Notes under the pieces: generated by a model | Told to the model about the DNA's origin: nothing | Databases searched by the model: none | Seen by the model: the letters and a program-made list of their open reading frames with translations, nothing else | Shown here: positions 10,743 through 22,800 of the stretch, piece after piece | How positions within the stretch are numbered: the first letter of the stretch is position 1 | How the letters are laid out: every line of letters begins with the position of its first letter | NCBI RefSeq assembly: GCF_009914755.1 | Contig: NC_060937.1 | Source of the DNA: the human T2T-CHM13v2.0 reference genome, Homo sapiens | Length of the DNA stretch: 64,000 nucleotides | Strand: one strand, 5' to 3' | Made by a program: the position numbers and the translations under genes

Positions 10743-11547
10743 GGATGACCTGGCACAGTATTACAAAAGCACCAGTTCTCTAATCCTAGATGTTTTCAAA
10801 GAAACATGCTTTACAAAAGACTTTCACTGTTGAAGACAGATATTGAATGAAATCAATTTTTAAATAGCCTTCCTCATGAATTTGCAATAATTGCTTAATT
10901 TATCATGTGAACCTATTATATATTAGGTTCACATGATATTAAACCTACAATAAATTTAACCTATAATGGTTAAATTTCACGATAGAGCTGATGATAAGCT
11001 TTTGGTAGCAGAGACGTTTCAAAGCAGCTATTTTCTTATTTAAATGTTTTATTGTATTTTTAGAATTACATTCAACCTGTGGTTCCTTTCGAAGTGATTC
11101 TTTAAAACCACTTGATCATTTCATTATGATAGTTATTTAAGTCTACTATCTAAAGCCAAGTTAATATAATTAGTTATAAGGAAATTATAATATCTCACAA
11201 TATAATGCATTAGAATTTATAAAATCTAAAATCTGCATATTAAAAATATAAATAGGAATAGATTAAACAGAATTAGCAAGATTAAAGAGTATAGCTAATA
11301 ATTATGGAAAGTTAAACACTGCATGTTTGCACTTATAAGTGGTGGATAAACAATGGGTATACATAGAGATACAGAATAAATAAAAAAGCAAGTAAAGTTA
11401 AACATCGCATGTTTGCACTTATAAGTGGTGGATAAACAATGGGTATACATAGATATACAGAGTAAATGAATAAATAAAAAAACAAGTAAAGTTAAACACT
11501 GCATGTTTGAACTTATAAGTGACATATAAACAATGGGTACACATAGA

Positions 11548-11936
11548 TGTCAGGACTTTGAGCCCAAGCTAAGCCGTCACATCCCCTGTGACCCACACGT
11601 ATACATTCAGATGGCCTGAAGCAAGTGAAGAATCATAAAATAAGTGAAAATGGTCGATTCCTGCCTTAACTGATGACATTACCTTGTGAAATTCCTTCTC
11701 CTGGCTCAGAAGCTCCCCCACTGAGCACCTTGTGACCCCCCGCCCCTGCCTGCCAGAGAACAACCCCCTTTGCCTATAATTTTCCACTACCTACCCAAAT
11801 CCTATAAAACGGTCTCACCCCTATCTCCCTTCACTGACTCTTTTCGGTCTCAGCACGCCTGCACCCAGGTGATTAAAAAGCTTTATTGCTCACACAAAGC
11901 CTGTTTGGTGGTCTCTTCACAGGGACGTGCATGACA
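11548..11936 (+). mobile_element. Solo LTR7 (HERV-H), different structural variant
   Basis: tgtcaggactttgagcccaagctaagcc ... gtgcatgaca; a single type-I repeat; retains the cctgaagcaagtgaagaatca block; imperfect TSD ataga / attaga. Confidence 0.93.
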
Positions 11937-12111
11937 ATTAGACATACAGAGTAAATGACAGATACTGGAGATTCCAAAAGGTAGGAGGGTGGAGAGGGGT
12001 GAAGATCGAAAAATTACTATCTGGTAGAATATTCACTAATTGGGCAAAGGGTGCTCTAAAACCCCAGACCTCACAACTACACAATATGTCCATGTAACAA
12101 AACTGCCCTTG

Positions 12112-12804
12112 TGAAACCACCTTTGCAAACATTCTATCAGCGAGAACATTATGGCAGTGGGGAAGATCTGATCTAGCCAACCCCCTGTCTCTCGCCTTTA
12201 GCTTTCAAGCTGCCTTAATTATTTCTGGGCTTAGGCCAAGCTAGCTTTGGAAGACATTTACGTTATAGTTTAAATGATAATAGCCTTCCCCAAAACTCAA
12301 CTGCCTTTGTAAAGCTAATGAGAGACCACCAGGCTAGGGGGAACTCAGGAGCCAGAATTCTGCTAGGGTGTAGACTGCTCACAAGATATGCAACTTCCCC
12401 GCTTGCTTACCCCTACAGATAACATCACTATTGTGGATCTGCCTTTTGAGAAATCTTTTCAGGTTTTTTGCATGGCTGACACCTGATGGCTCCATTTGGA
12501 CTTGGCAAACCACTCCTGGGGCCCCACCCAGGAGTGACTCATCTCCAGAAGACAGCCTTGACCCCCTGTGATTTAATCTCTGCCCCAACCAATCAGCAGC
12601 AAGCACTCATTTCCTAGCCACCTCACCCCTTCCTGCAAACTGCCTTTGAAAATACCTGTAACCTAAGAGCTTTTGTTGAGATTGATTTGAGTAATTACTT
12701 TATCTCCCACATGGCCTGGCTGGCCTCATGTCTAGTAAACTCTTTCTTTACTGCATTGCTGTGCTTTTTGTACAGTGGGCAGGAAGACTCTTCAGGAGGT
12801 TACA
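12112..12804 (+). mobile_element. Solo LTR8A-like LTR
   Basis: tgaaaccacctttgcaaac ... caggaggttaca; imperfect 4-bp TSD cttg/ctta; related to but distinct from the LTR8 at 1061. Confidence 0.75.
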
Positions 12805-12919
12805 CTTATATGCTTTAAGCTGTTTTTTTTTTTTTAAAAAAAAAAGCTCTTTAAAGCAGATGTTCAAAATTATGTATGGAAAAACAGAAAGAATGATCAT
12901 GGATTATTTTACATAAAAT

Positions 12920-13920
12920 ATTAATGCAACCTATAGAATGGTAGAAAATGCAACCTATGGAATGGTAGACAATATCTGCAAACCATGTATCTGATAAGGT
13001 ACTAATACAAAAATATAAAAGAAACTCACTCAGCTTAACAGCAAAAAAAAAAAAATACCTAAATTAAAATGGGCAAAGAACCTGATTAAACATTTATACA
13101 AACAAAATATACAAATGACAAATAGGTATATAAAAAGGTACTCACCATTACTAACTGAATGTACATCAAAACCACAATGAAATATTACTTCATACCTGTT
13201 AGAATGATTATGATGAAAAAGACTAGACATGACAAATACTGATGAGGGTGTGGAGAAAAGGGAATCTTTGAACACTGTTGGTGGAAATCTAAATTGATAC
13301 ACCTGTTATAGAAAATGATATGGAGGTTCTTCAACCCAATAAAAATAGAAGTACTATATAATTCAGCAATCCTATTTCTGAGTATATATCCAGAGAAAAT
13401 CAAATAAGTATCTCAGAAGGATATCTGCATCCCCATGTTCATTGGAACATTATTCAGAATGGCTAAAATACGGAAACAAGTGTCCATGAATGAATGAATG
13501 AATGGATAAGGAAATCATAGTATATGTATGCAATGCAATATTATTCAGCCATAAAAAGAATAAAACTAATTTGGAACAACATAGATGAGCCTGGAGGACA
13601 TTATGCTAACACAAAAAGACAAATATTGCATAACATAACTTCTATATAAAATCTTAAAAAGTATAACTCATAGAAGCAAAGAATAGAGTGGTCCTTGTCA
13701 GGGGATGAGGAATGGAGGAAACAGATGTTACTCAAAGCACACATTTTCAGTTATAAGATGAACAATTTCTGGGGCTATAATGTACAGCATGGGTGATAGA
13801 TGCATTAAATAAATTTGTTGAGGGTAATCATTATACAGTATACACATATATCAAATCATCACATTGTTCACCTTGAATATATTCAATCTTTGTCAATTAC
13901 ATATTTTTCTTAAATAAAAA
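12920..13920 (+). mobile_element. L1MA-type 3' fragment (ORF2 end and 3'UTR)
   Basis: aaaatgggcaaagaacctga, aaaaccacaatgaaata, tattattcagccataaaaag; terminal aataaaaa. Confidence 0.85.
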
Positions 13921-14429
13921 CTGTTTAAAGTTGCTCAGCTGATAAGCAAATATCAAGTGTTTAGAGGTGGGTGCAATGCTTACAGAGTTCTTGCTATTAA
14001 GCACAATTCTGTCTCTTCTATCTCTCATTCAGATGTATTATTATTATTTTAAGACAGCATTATACTCAAATACCTTAAAATGGTCGGCAAGGTAGTACAC
14101 AAATTGGCATCATCTCCCTTCATGGCCTGTTATCTTGCTTATCACAGTGGAGTCACTGTGATTATATTGGTCCTGCTAATCTTGCAAATGTGAAAAAAAA
14201 TTCCTGTTTTGGGACATTTTCTTTAGCTGTTTGTCTGTTGGGAAGCCTCTAACTCCTGATAGCTACTTATCACTTGACCAATTTCCTCCCTTTCAATCTT
14301 TACTCGGATGTTACTTTTTCCATGAAGCTTAGTCTGGCTATTTTACACAGCCAGCACTCATAAAACCTATCACTACTGCTACTGCTACAAGTCTGATTTT
14401 CTCCTCTCTTTCTCTCTCCTCTACTCCAA

Positions 14430-14430
14430 A

Positions 14431-14461
<31 letters not shown>
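14430..14461. repeat. (TG)n microsatellite
   Basis: Read directly. Confidence 0.95.
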
Positions 14462-14899
14462 TTATCTTCTAGCATATTATCTGATTTGCAAAGCCAGGTG
14501 GAATCATAACTTAAGTGGTTGCTAATAGATCATGGATTTTCAGAGGCATCATAAATAGAAGCCACCCAAAGTGCTCCCTAATTTGCATAATTATAAAGCC
14601 TTGACAGCTAAGAAGCAGGTATCTGATATTACCCATGACAAAACTCACAGTCCACTTATTTCTCAGGTCAGAACCCACAGTGCCAGAGATCAATATTTGT
14701 GGAATAAATAGCACTTTGAGGAAGATCTCTGCAACTTCACCTAAATCTATGTATTAATTATTTCTCCAATTCTTTTCAAATAGATAGGTAATGGTTTTCC
14801 AAGGCAAATATATACTTAGAAAAGTAAATATCCTGACTTTTTAAGGATTCCGATCCTTACAACATATAAAATCCAAACTAACACTAATGCCTAGTGACT

Positions 14900-17760
14900 C
14901 AAAACATCATCACAATCCAAAATTAGAGTGGAAACTAATGAATATTAAAAAATAAAGTTTTCAGAAGGTGCCTAAAGGGATCTTGAGTTAATTGTCCTGG
15001 TTCATCAACATATAATTGGACAGACATAGTTACCAGAAGGTTGAATACTAGCATTTGTTCTTGATCTATAGAAGAAAGCTTATTGCAGTAGGAAGAACAA
15101 ATGGAAGCCCTTAAGACTGTAAACCAATTGTGGCGTGATAGTAACAAAAATCGCTGGTGTGTTATGGAAGGGATTGTAGAGGTAAATGTTACCAACATAG
15201 ATGTGAAATCTGAAAAGGCAATTGTCCTATCTCATCTCTGTTGAATTTATCTATCTGTTCTCTATAAATTTAGCTGTATCATAGCAAATGACTACATATT
15301 GTCATGAATTTAGTCATGTTGTAATCTCAAATTTAACTGTTGTGGAGAATGTAATATGTTTACTGGAGTAATTCACAAATTTCAATTACTGCACTGTACT
15401 TGATATATTGGTATTTATTTACACAATACTCTCATGTCCATGCTCATCATTAAGAATGATCAAAATATGTGACAGAGACAGCAATATACTTTTATTCATT
15501 TAAGTCAGTACTATCAGCTCTCCAGGTTTTTGTGCTCATATACTTCACAGGGATATTATTTATATTATCATTCTGTAGATCTTTACAATAGATAACTGAA
15601 ATTATGACAGCATGTTAATTGAATATCATGTTAATTTGATAATATTAACTCATAACTCAGAAGTTGTAATTAAACAAGAAAACTTTGTAGGAAATATGTG
15701 AAGCAGAGGTTGGAAAATAAACCCATGGAGATTAGGATGTCTGCCATTAGGTGAAGTTTTAGGATCCAGTCATCAGGAACATATAATGATATTTCTGCTA
15801 AGGTAAAAAATACAATGCTGATTCTTGTATATCATACCACTAAGAAAGATGCTCAACAACTGTTGAATTTCCTTGCCTTTAAGATGTATGACACATTGAT
15901 GTTGAATATGCTATGTCCTATTATTGAGTTATCTGGACAGTTAATGTTTTGAGTAGAGTTAAGAGCAAGAAATGACTCTATATCAGGTCCAGGCTGCAGT
16001 GCAAGTCATTTTACTTTTGGAGTACTATGATCCCATGGATGTGAGGTAACTAAAAGAATCGGTAGATAAGATATTGTGATATTTCTGGCAAATCCCAACA
16101 GAAGAGTTGAAGCACAGAACTTGTATTCATTATCTGTTGCTGTGTAAAAATTACCTCAAATCTCTGTAGCTTTAACCAATAAATGTTTATTATCTCAGTG
16201 TTTTTTTTTGGGTCAGGATTCTATCCATGGCTTTGCTAGGTGTTTATTCTTTCTCTCACAAGGTTCCAGGGCTGGTCACATCTGAAAGCTCAAGTAGAAG
16301 AAGGGATGTACTCAGGATTATGTACACTGCCATTGCCAGTTTCCTATTAGCTTTTGGAATGACAATCCTAGTTTCTGATTAGTTGTTAGTCAAAGACCTC
16401 TCTTGCCATGCAGGTCTCTCCAGAGGGCAGCTCTCAGCATGGTAGACAATTTTTCTTCTGAACAAGTGAGAGAAAGAGACTGAGAGAGAGAACACAAGAT
16501 GGAAGCCAGAATTGGTTTGTAACCCAATTTCAGATGTTATATCTCATAACTGTCAAAGCAGTGTATTTTCTAGAAATGAGTCACAAGATCCAGTCCACAC
16601 TCAAAGGGATAGGATTAGACATTGGGAACAACAGGAGACATAAATCATTCATGGGCATCTTAGAAGCTACCAGCTACATATATCTTAGGGTTTGGGGGCA
16701 AAGCCATCATGACTTCTGCGGTAGAGAAATATCTTCTGTGAAAAAAATGAATATGGTGTTCCAGTAGGACCTCAGTACAGCTGATGAAATAATAATGCTA
16801 TGTTAACTGACCATACTCCTTGTGCTGCCTATTAGGAAGTAGATGCTATCTGATTTACTGAGTCAAAGGGCTGAGTGGAAATATGAATGTCTATAATCAA
16901 GACTTAAAAGGTGACGCCTTTGCTGTTAGCACCATCTAAACATTAGGATTATCTGTTAGCACAGTGTTCTACACATTATCTATGACCAAACTTTCCATTT
17001 TACAGAAAAGGAGGTGTGATAATAAGATCATAGAAATCTGATTTTCTTGTGTTTCAATGTAGCCAGTAACACAGAAATAACCACCCTGATATACATTGGA
17101 TTACACTTCTGAAGACTTGGCTAAGGGACTCTGCACTGTGGGGGCATTATCTTTCAGGATACAGCATGCATCTGGGATCAAATAAAAGTCACTGTGTTAC
17201 TTAGAGCTAGTATACATAGTTCCTGGAACTTAGATGTGGAATTGGTAATATGTCCTCTTGCTAAAGCATCTGGTGATTTTTATTCTAAATATTATAATCT
17301 CAGTCTTTGCTATTTTAGATATATTCATTACTGAGGGTGGTGTTAGGGATGATTCTAGCAGAATACACAATAATGGTTTCAGCAAACTGGAAGTTATGAA
17401 GATTACCTGCCCAGCACTGCATTGGTTGAAGTAATTGATTCTGATTGCCAGGAGGAGATATGGTTGCTATTACACAATGTAAGCTGGGAGGATTAAATGT
17501 GAAACCCGAGATTCATTGTAACATTACTGCTACCTCCATATGTGATAATGACTAGGTATGCCAAACTATTATAATCCCAAAACCAAGTACAACTGAGAGC
17601 ACTTGGAGAATGATAGTCTGGATTATCCTGCCAGGCAAACAACTTATCAGGTGAAATATGGAGAGCGAATGGCATTTAAAGGTGCAATAGAGAAAGAAGA
17701 TTATTAGTATTAATTGCAGCCTTAGGACCAGCTGCAGCAATGGAGGCTGTAGTTTTTGTT
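14900..17760 (+). mobile_element. Ancient ERVL-class internal (pol) relic
   Basis: Near 15797 translates AKVKNTMLILVYHTTKKDAQQL (ERVL KVKDKLLHLAPPTTKKEAQRL); near 15962 EQEMTLYQVQAAVQVILLLEYYDP (ERVL EQEKALQQVQAAVQAALPLGPYDP). Boundaries approximate. Confidence 0.7.
16122..16678 (-). mobile_element. MLT1 (MaLR) LTR nested in the ERVL relic
   Basis: tgtattcattatctgttgctgtgtaaaaattacctcaaa...tttattatctcagt matches the reverse-strand MLT1F/G-like 3' end; ends ctaca. Confidence 0.7.
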
Positions 17761-19318
17761 ATTAGCTCTCTCACCTTAGCCTTTCAGAAAATTACACATG
17801 ACCATCACTTTGAGGGAAATCCTTTAAATTTAAAACTTTTTGTTTCCCTTTGGAAGAATAAAAGACATTTTATCCTCATAGGAAATAATTGAGGCCAGAT
17901 TTTATAGTTTGTCACCTAATTATAAAGAAGGGGCCAAAAAAAAAGGACCTAAGTAGAACATGGGATGGATACATTGGATACAGCCTGTGCTCCTCATTTT
18001 TCCTAACCATTGTTGTCTTTCTCTTTTTTAATTGATTATCCACCTATGCCAGGTCACCACTCTGCTTTCAAACCCAGAAAAACTATAAAGCAGAAAGTGT
18101 GGTGTACCAGACACACCACTTTCCTATCCTCTTGCATATGTGAGAGACCAGAGTGAATTACTACCCTCTCCCCTCCAAGCAGACTTTGACAAAACACTGA
18201 TGGAAATAAACATACCTCTTTGATTGGGATAGCTATGAGCTGTGATATGAGTTTTACATTCCTTCTTCCAAATTCTGTCAAGGATTAAAAAAATCAAGTC
18301 CTGCTTAATGGTGGCTTATGACAACATACTCTTTATCAGCTGATTTCACTTCTCTATCTGACTTTACACTTCTCTACTGGGTCTCAAACCTTCAACATAA
18401 GCCACTTGCAATTGAACCTTTGTCTTAAGTTGTGCTCAAGATAAATGGCATCTGGTGTCCTGAGTAGCTGTCAAGGGACAGTCAAAATTAGGAAATAGGA
18501 AGAGAGGGAACTTCACAGTGACACCCTCCTGGCTTTATCTCTTTCATAGACAGGTTCAAGATGCATTTTCTTTTTTCAATCATTTTATAAAACTCCCACA
18601 TGACAGCCAAACACACTTGCATTCTTTCCATGGCTAGTTTCCAAGTGTATGCCAACACTGAAATGTATCTCATCACAACGCTTAATATCTTTCCTTGCCA
18701 TATACTTCTCTTTTCCATTTCAGCTAAGTTAAGGGTTTCATCTTTGGGATTAAAATCTGTAATACTTTAATAACTTTTGTCCACTTTATGCTTTCATCTA
18801 AGACATCTATAACCAAGACAATTATGGATTTGCATTCTGGGCTATAGATTTTAATATGCAACTCGATATCAATACGGACCATCAGAAATATTGTTCAAAG
18901 GAAATGACACAACCAAGGTATTAGAAAATTCTAAATCTTATATGATATGTATGATTCAGCTGCAAAGTCTGACAGTATGTGTTTAATACACACAGGGAGA
19001 CTAATTTTTGTCTCTGGCTAGCCTTAAATATGGTCTGAGTCACATAACCTGTAAAATGAGGTATAATACATAATATGTTTAGATAATAAGTAAAGTTATA
19101 ATTATGTTTCACAAAATAAACATTTTCTAGACAAACTTGAAAATGAATTAATATATTAGACAATGATAACTTTACTTAACTTCATTGTTTTGTACTTGAA
19201 ATAATAATTCATTTTAGCATTTCAAAAATTATTAAAAAATAGCTAGCGTTATTATTCACCTCATAAATAGATAACAGCCATCAGGTGTCCTTAGATGTTA
19301 CATCAAATTTATAAAATA

Positions 19319-19621
<303 letters not shown>

Positions 19622-21876
19622 TTATAAAATAATCTTTGTGTTATCAGGTTTCCACTCAATCTATAGTTCCTCAATGTTAGTCTATGGAGCATAAGCAAAT
19701 AATTAAAGATACATATTTTCTATATACAAAATAAAAAAATTATTTTACTGTATTATGATATATTAGATTATCTTTATTAAATATAGTCCAATTAGATAGT
19801 AGTGCATATGTTATTTAAAAACACAAATTTATATCTACCCATATTGTGTATGTACTTATTTCTGCCCTTTTCCAGAAAAATTGTAAAATAATATACAGAA
19901 ATGAATACAATTTTATGAAATAAAACAATCAAAATAAATATTGATGGTATTGATGAGGGTATAGGGTAAGAAAATAAGCTAGAATTGAAAATGCACAGTG
20001 GAGACATAAATAAGCATAGATAAAAATCCAAAGCAAAATCATATGGATTTTATATCAATCCCAACAAAACATGAGGAGTAGACTTTTTCCAGTATTGATT
20101 CTAAGACTTCATAAAGATATTGCAGGAAAAATTATAGTGAAAACAAAAAAAGTGAAATCTGTTATAAAATTCATCACGGTAGGCCACTAGCAAAGTTACT
20201 AGGAATTTCAAGAGTTCTAATTTTTATGCAAATTAGTATTTGGGGTTGTAATCTAGGATTTGGAACATAGGTGGACACATACTTGCCATTTGATATTTAT
20301 TCTGTTCTTTTTTCTTGCTAACAGAAATCGGATATTGTTTTTCTTTGGAGAGGGAATGCATTCCAATTAAAAAAGAAATTCCAATTCCAGCTCCTGAGTA
20401 ATTGACCTTTTCTGCTGCTATTTTTTAATATTAAAAAGAGTAAGTAAAAATTGTCGCTATATATTCTTTTACATTCTTATGTGTACAATGTAAGATAACA
20501 AACAGCACAGGGATTATAAACTGAAACAAAGCAGAATGTGTGGATTATAATTTAGTCTGTTTGATCACATAGCTTCAGGCCTAGGTTGACAAACAGTAAC
20601 TGCACTTAATTAAGAGGATCTAGTTTTGCCTATTTGTTCAATCCTTTCAGTTCTTCCAATTAGTGAATACATACATCCACACAAAGAAAGGGTGAAACAT
20701 TCCTTTTTCGGTATGAAAATATCAGAGCTTTCAGGAGTTTACTAAAGGAAGGTTTCTATTAATGTTAATAGATGAAAATGTTATAAAAAAGAAGAGGATT
20801 ATCTGAGCCAATGATTCTATTTGCATGTAAAAAAAGAAATAAAACAAAGCACACACACATCAATTTATATATTTTTATAAACAAGCTTGTGAGAAAATAA
20901 AAATTGAAAATCTGTTTTGATAATTAATATCATATTCACATTTTACATTACACCAGATTTCCTATGATCGAAGTTCTGTGTTAATTTTACAAAAAGCCTT
21001 CATATTCCCAATGATTTTTAGTTGAGTGTGTAGAAAATATAGGTGAAAATAAGTATTTCTTGATGATGATATTTACATTTTACATCACACAATTTTTAAG
21101 AAATGTCAAACACTGAGTGTAAAGTTATGAAAAAAATCTCAAAATAGGTACACTATCAAAATATTACGATTGGCACAATGAATTAATGTATGAGTTCATT
21201 AAAACTGCAAAAAATTAACTCACTTCCATATTATCCTAATTTGACAATTTTTGTTAAAATAAGAAATGCTTGAGATGTATCATAATCCTTTTAGCTCACT
21301 TATAAAAAAGTGAGATTTTGAAATTAGTAATATACAAGTTATAATGTCAAGTGATATCTTACTCAAAATGTATGCTATTTAGCCAATGAATCATTTTATG
21401 AGTGAGTCTTTAATTGTAATATTTAACACAGTATGTAATTTATTTGAACTTAAATCCTGATTCTTAGCAATTCGTTTTGCTACAGATTAAATATTATGCA
21501 AATTTACTTGGTTTATAGGTTTTTATTTAACAAAACCATCTTTGTGAGTGATTTATTTACTACTTCCACATGAAATAAATAATTGTGGAAATATTAACCA
21601 TAATGAACACTGATAAATTATGTACTTAGGAGAAAATACATCTAGTTCCTGTTAAGTATTTTGTTAACTTAAAATTGCTTCAAAAAATAAATTCTGTTAA
21701 TTTAAAAAACAACAGAAAATATGCTAATGCTTGCCTGACACCTCTAAGTTCCATTCTTAATAAACATGTTAAAGTAAATATGCCAAAACTGAACTTTTCA
21801 CTTTTTCCTACAAAACTCTTTCTTCTACAGCTCCTCATTACTTATGCAAATTTTGGTAGCTGGCTTAAATTTCTCC

Positions 21877-22800
21877 CTGGAAGATGTTTTTTTTTTCTAT
21901 TGCATCATCAGTCTGCAAATTTCCAAAACTTTTATGCTCTGCTTTCTTTTTAAACATAAGTTCCAATTTCAGACCATATCTTTGTGAATACATACCACTG
22001 AATACTCTTAAGAGCACTCAATCACCTTTTGAATGCTTTGCTGCTTAGAAATTTCTTCTGCAAGACATCCTAAAACATCTCTCTCAAGTTCAAAGTTCCA
22101 CAGATCTCTGGGGCAGAGACAAAAATGCTGCTAGTCTCTTTGTTAAGCATAGCAAGAATTACCTTTATTTTAGTTCCCAACAAGTTCCTCATCTCCATCT
22201 GAGATCACCTCAGCCTGGACTTTATTGTCCATATCACTATCAGCATTTTGGTCAAAATCATTCAACAAGTCACTAAGAAGTTCCAAACTTTCCCACGTCT
22301 TTCTATTTTTTTCTGAGCCCTCCAAACTGTTCCAACCTCTGCCTATTACCCAGTTCCAAAGTTGCTTCCACATTTTTGAGTATCTTTATAGCAGCACCCC
22401 ACCCTCTGCAGTACCAATTTACCATATTAGTCACTTTTCACATTACTATGAAGAAATACCCAAGCCTGGGTAATTTATTAAGGAAAGATGTGCAATTCAC
22501 TCACATCTCTGCACTACCAGGGAGATCTCAGGAAACTTACAATCATGGCAGAAGGCAAAGAAGAAGCAGACACCTTCTTCACAGGGTGGCAGGACAGAGC
22601 TAGTGCAAGTAGGGAAAATGCCAGATGCTTATAAAATCATCATATCTCATGAGAAGTCACTCACTATCATGAGAACAGCATGAGGGAAACTACCCCCATG
22701 ATCCAATTGCCTCCATCTGGTTCACCCTTCACATGTGGAGATTATGAATATTACCATTTGAGAGAGATTTTGAATGGGAGCACAGATCCAAACCATAGCA
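21877..22800 (-). mobile_element. THE1D/MSTA-type MaLR LTR (about 22425-22800) plus truncated internal part
   Basis: Minus ORF MWKQLWNWVIGRGWNSLEGSE is the THE1/MST internal protein; LTR motifs aggaaacttacaatcatggcagaaggc and ccaaaccatagca. Confidence 0.85.

Larger units (their letters stand above)
11308..12845 (+). mobile_element. L1PB/L1MA-type 3' end with triplicated 5' part; hosts a solo LTR7 and an LTR8A-like LTR
   Basis: gcatgtttgcacttataagtgg...aacaatgggtacacatagacatacagagt...ccatgtaacaaaactgcccttg L1 3'UTR motifs ending in an A-tail near 12836-12845. Confidence 0.75.

Noticed and set aside
17960-18460. Possible ERVL LTR (LTR16/LTR33-like) after the pol relic
   Set aside because: Too degraded to fix termini or family from sequence alone.
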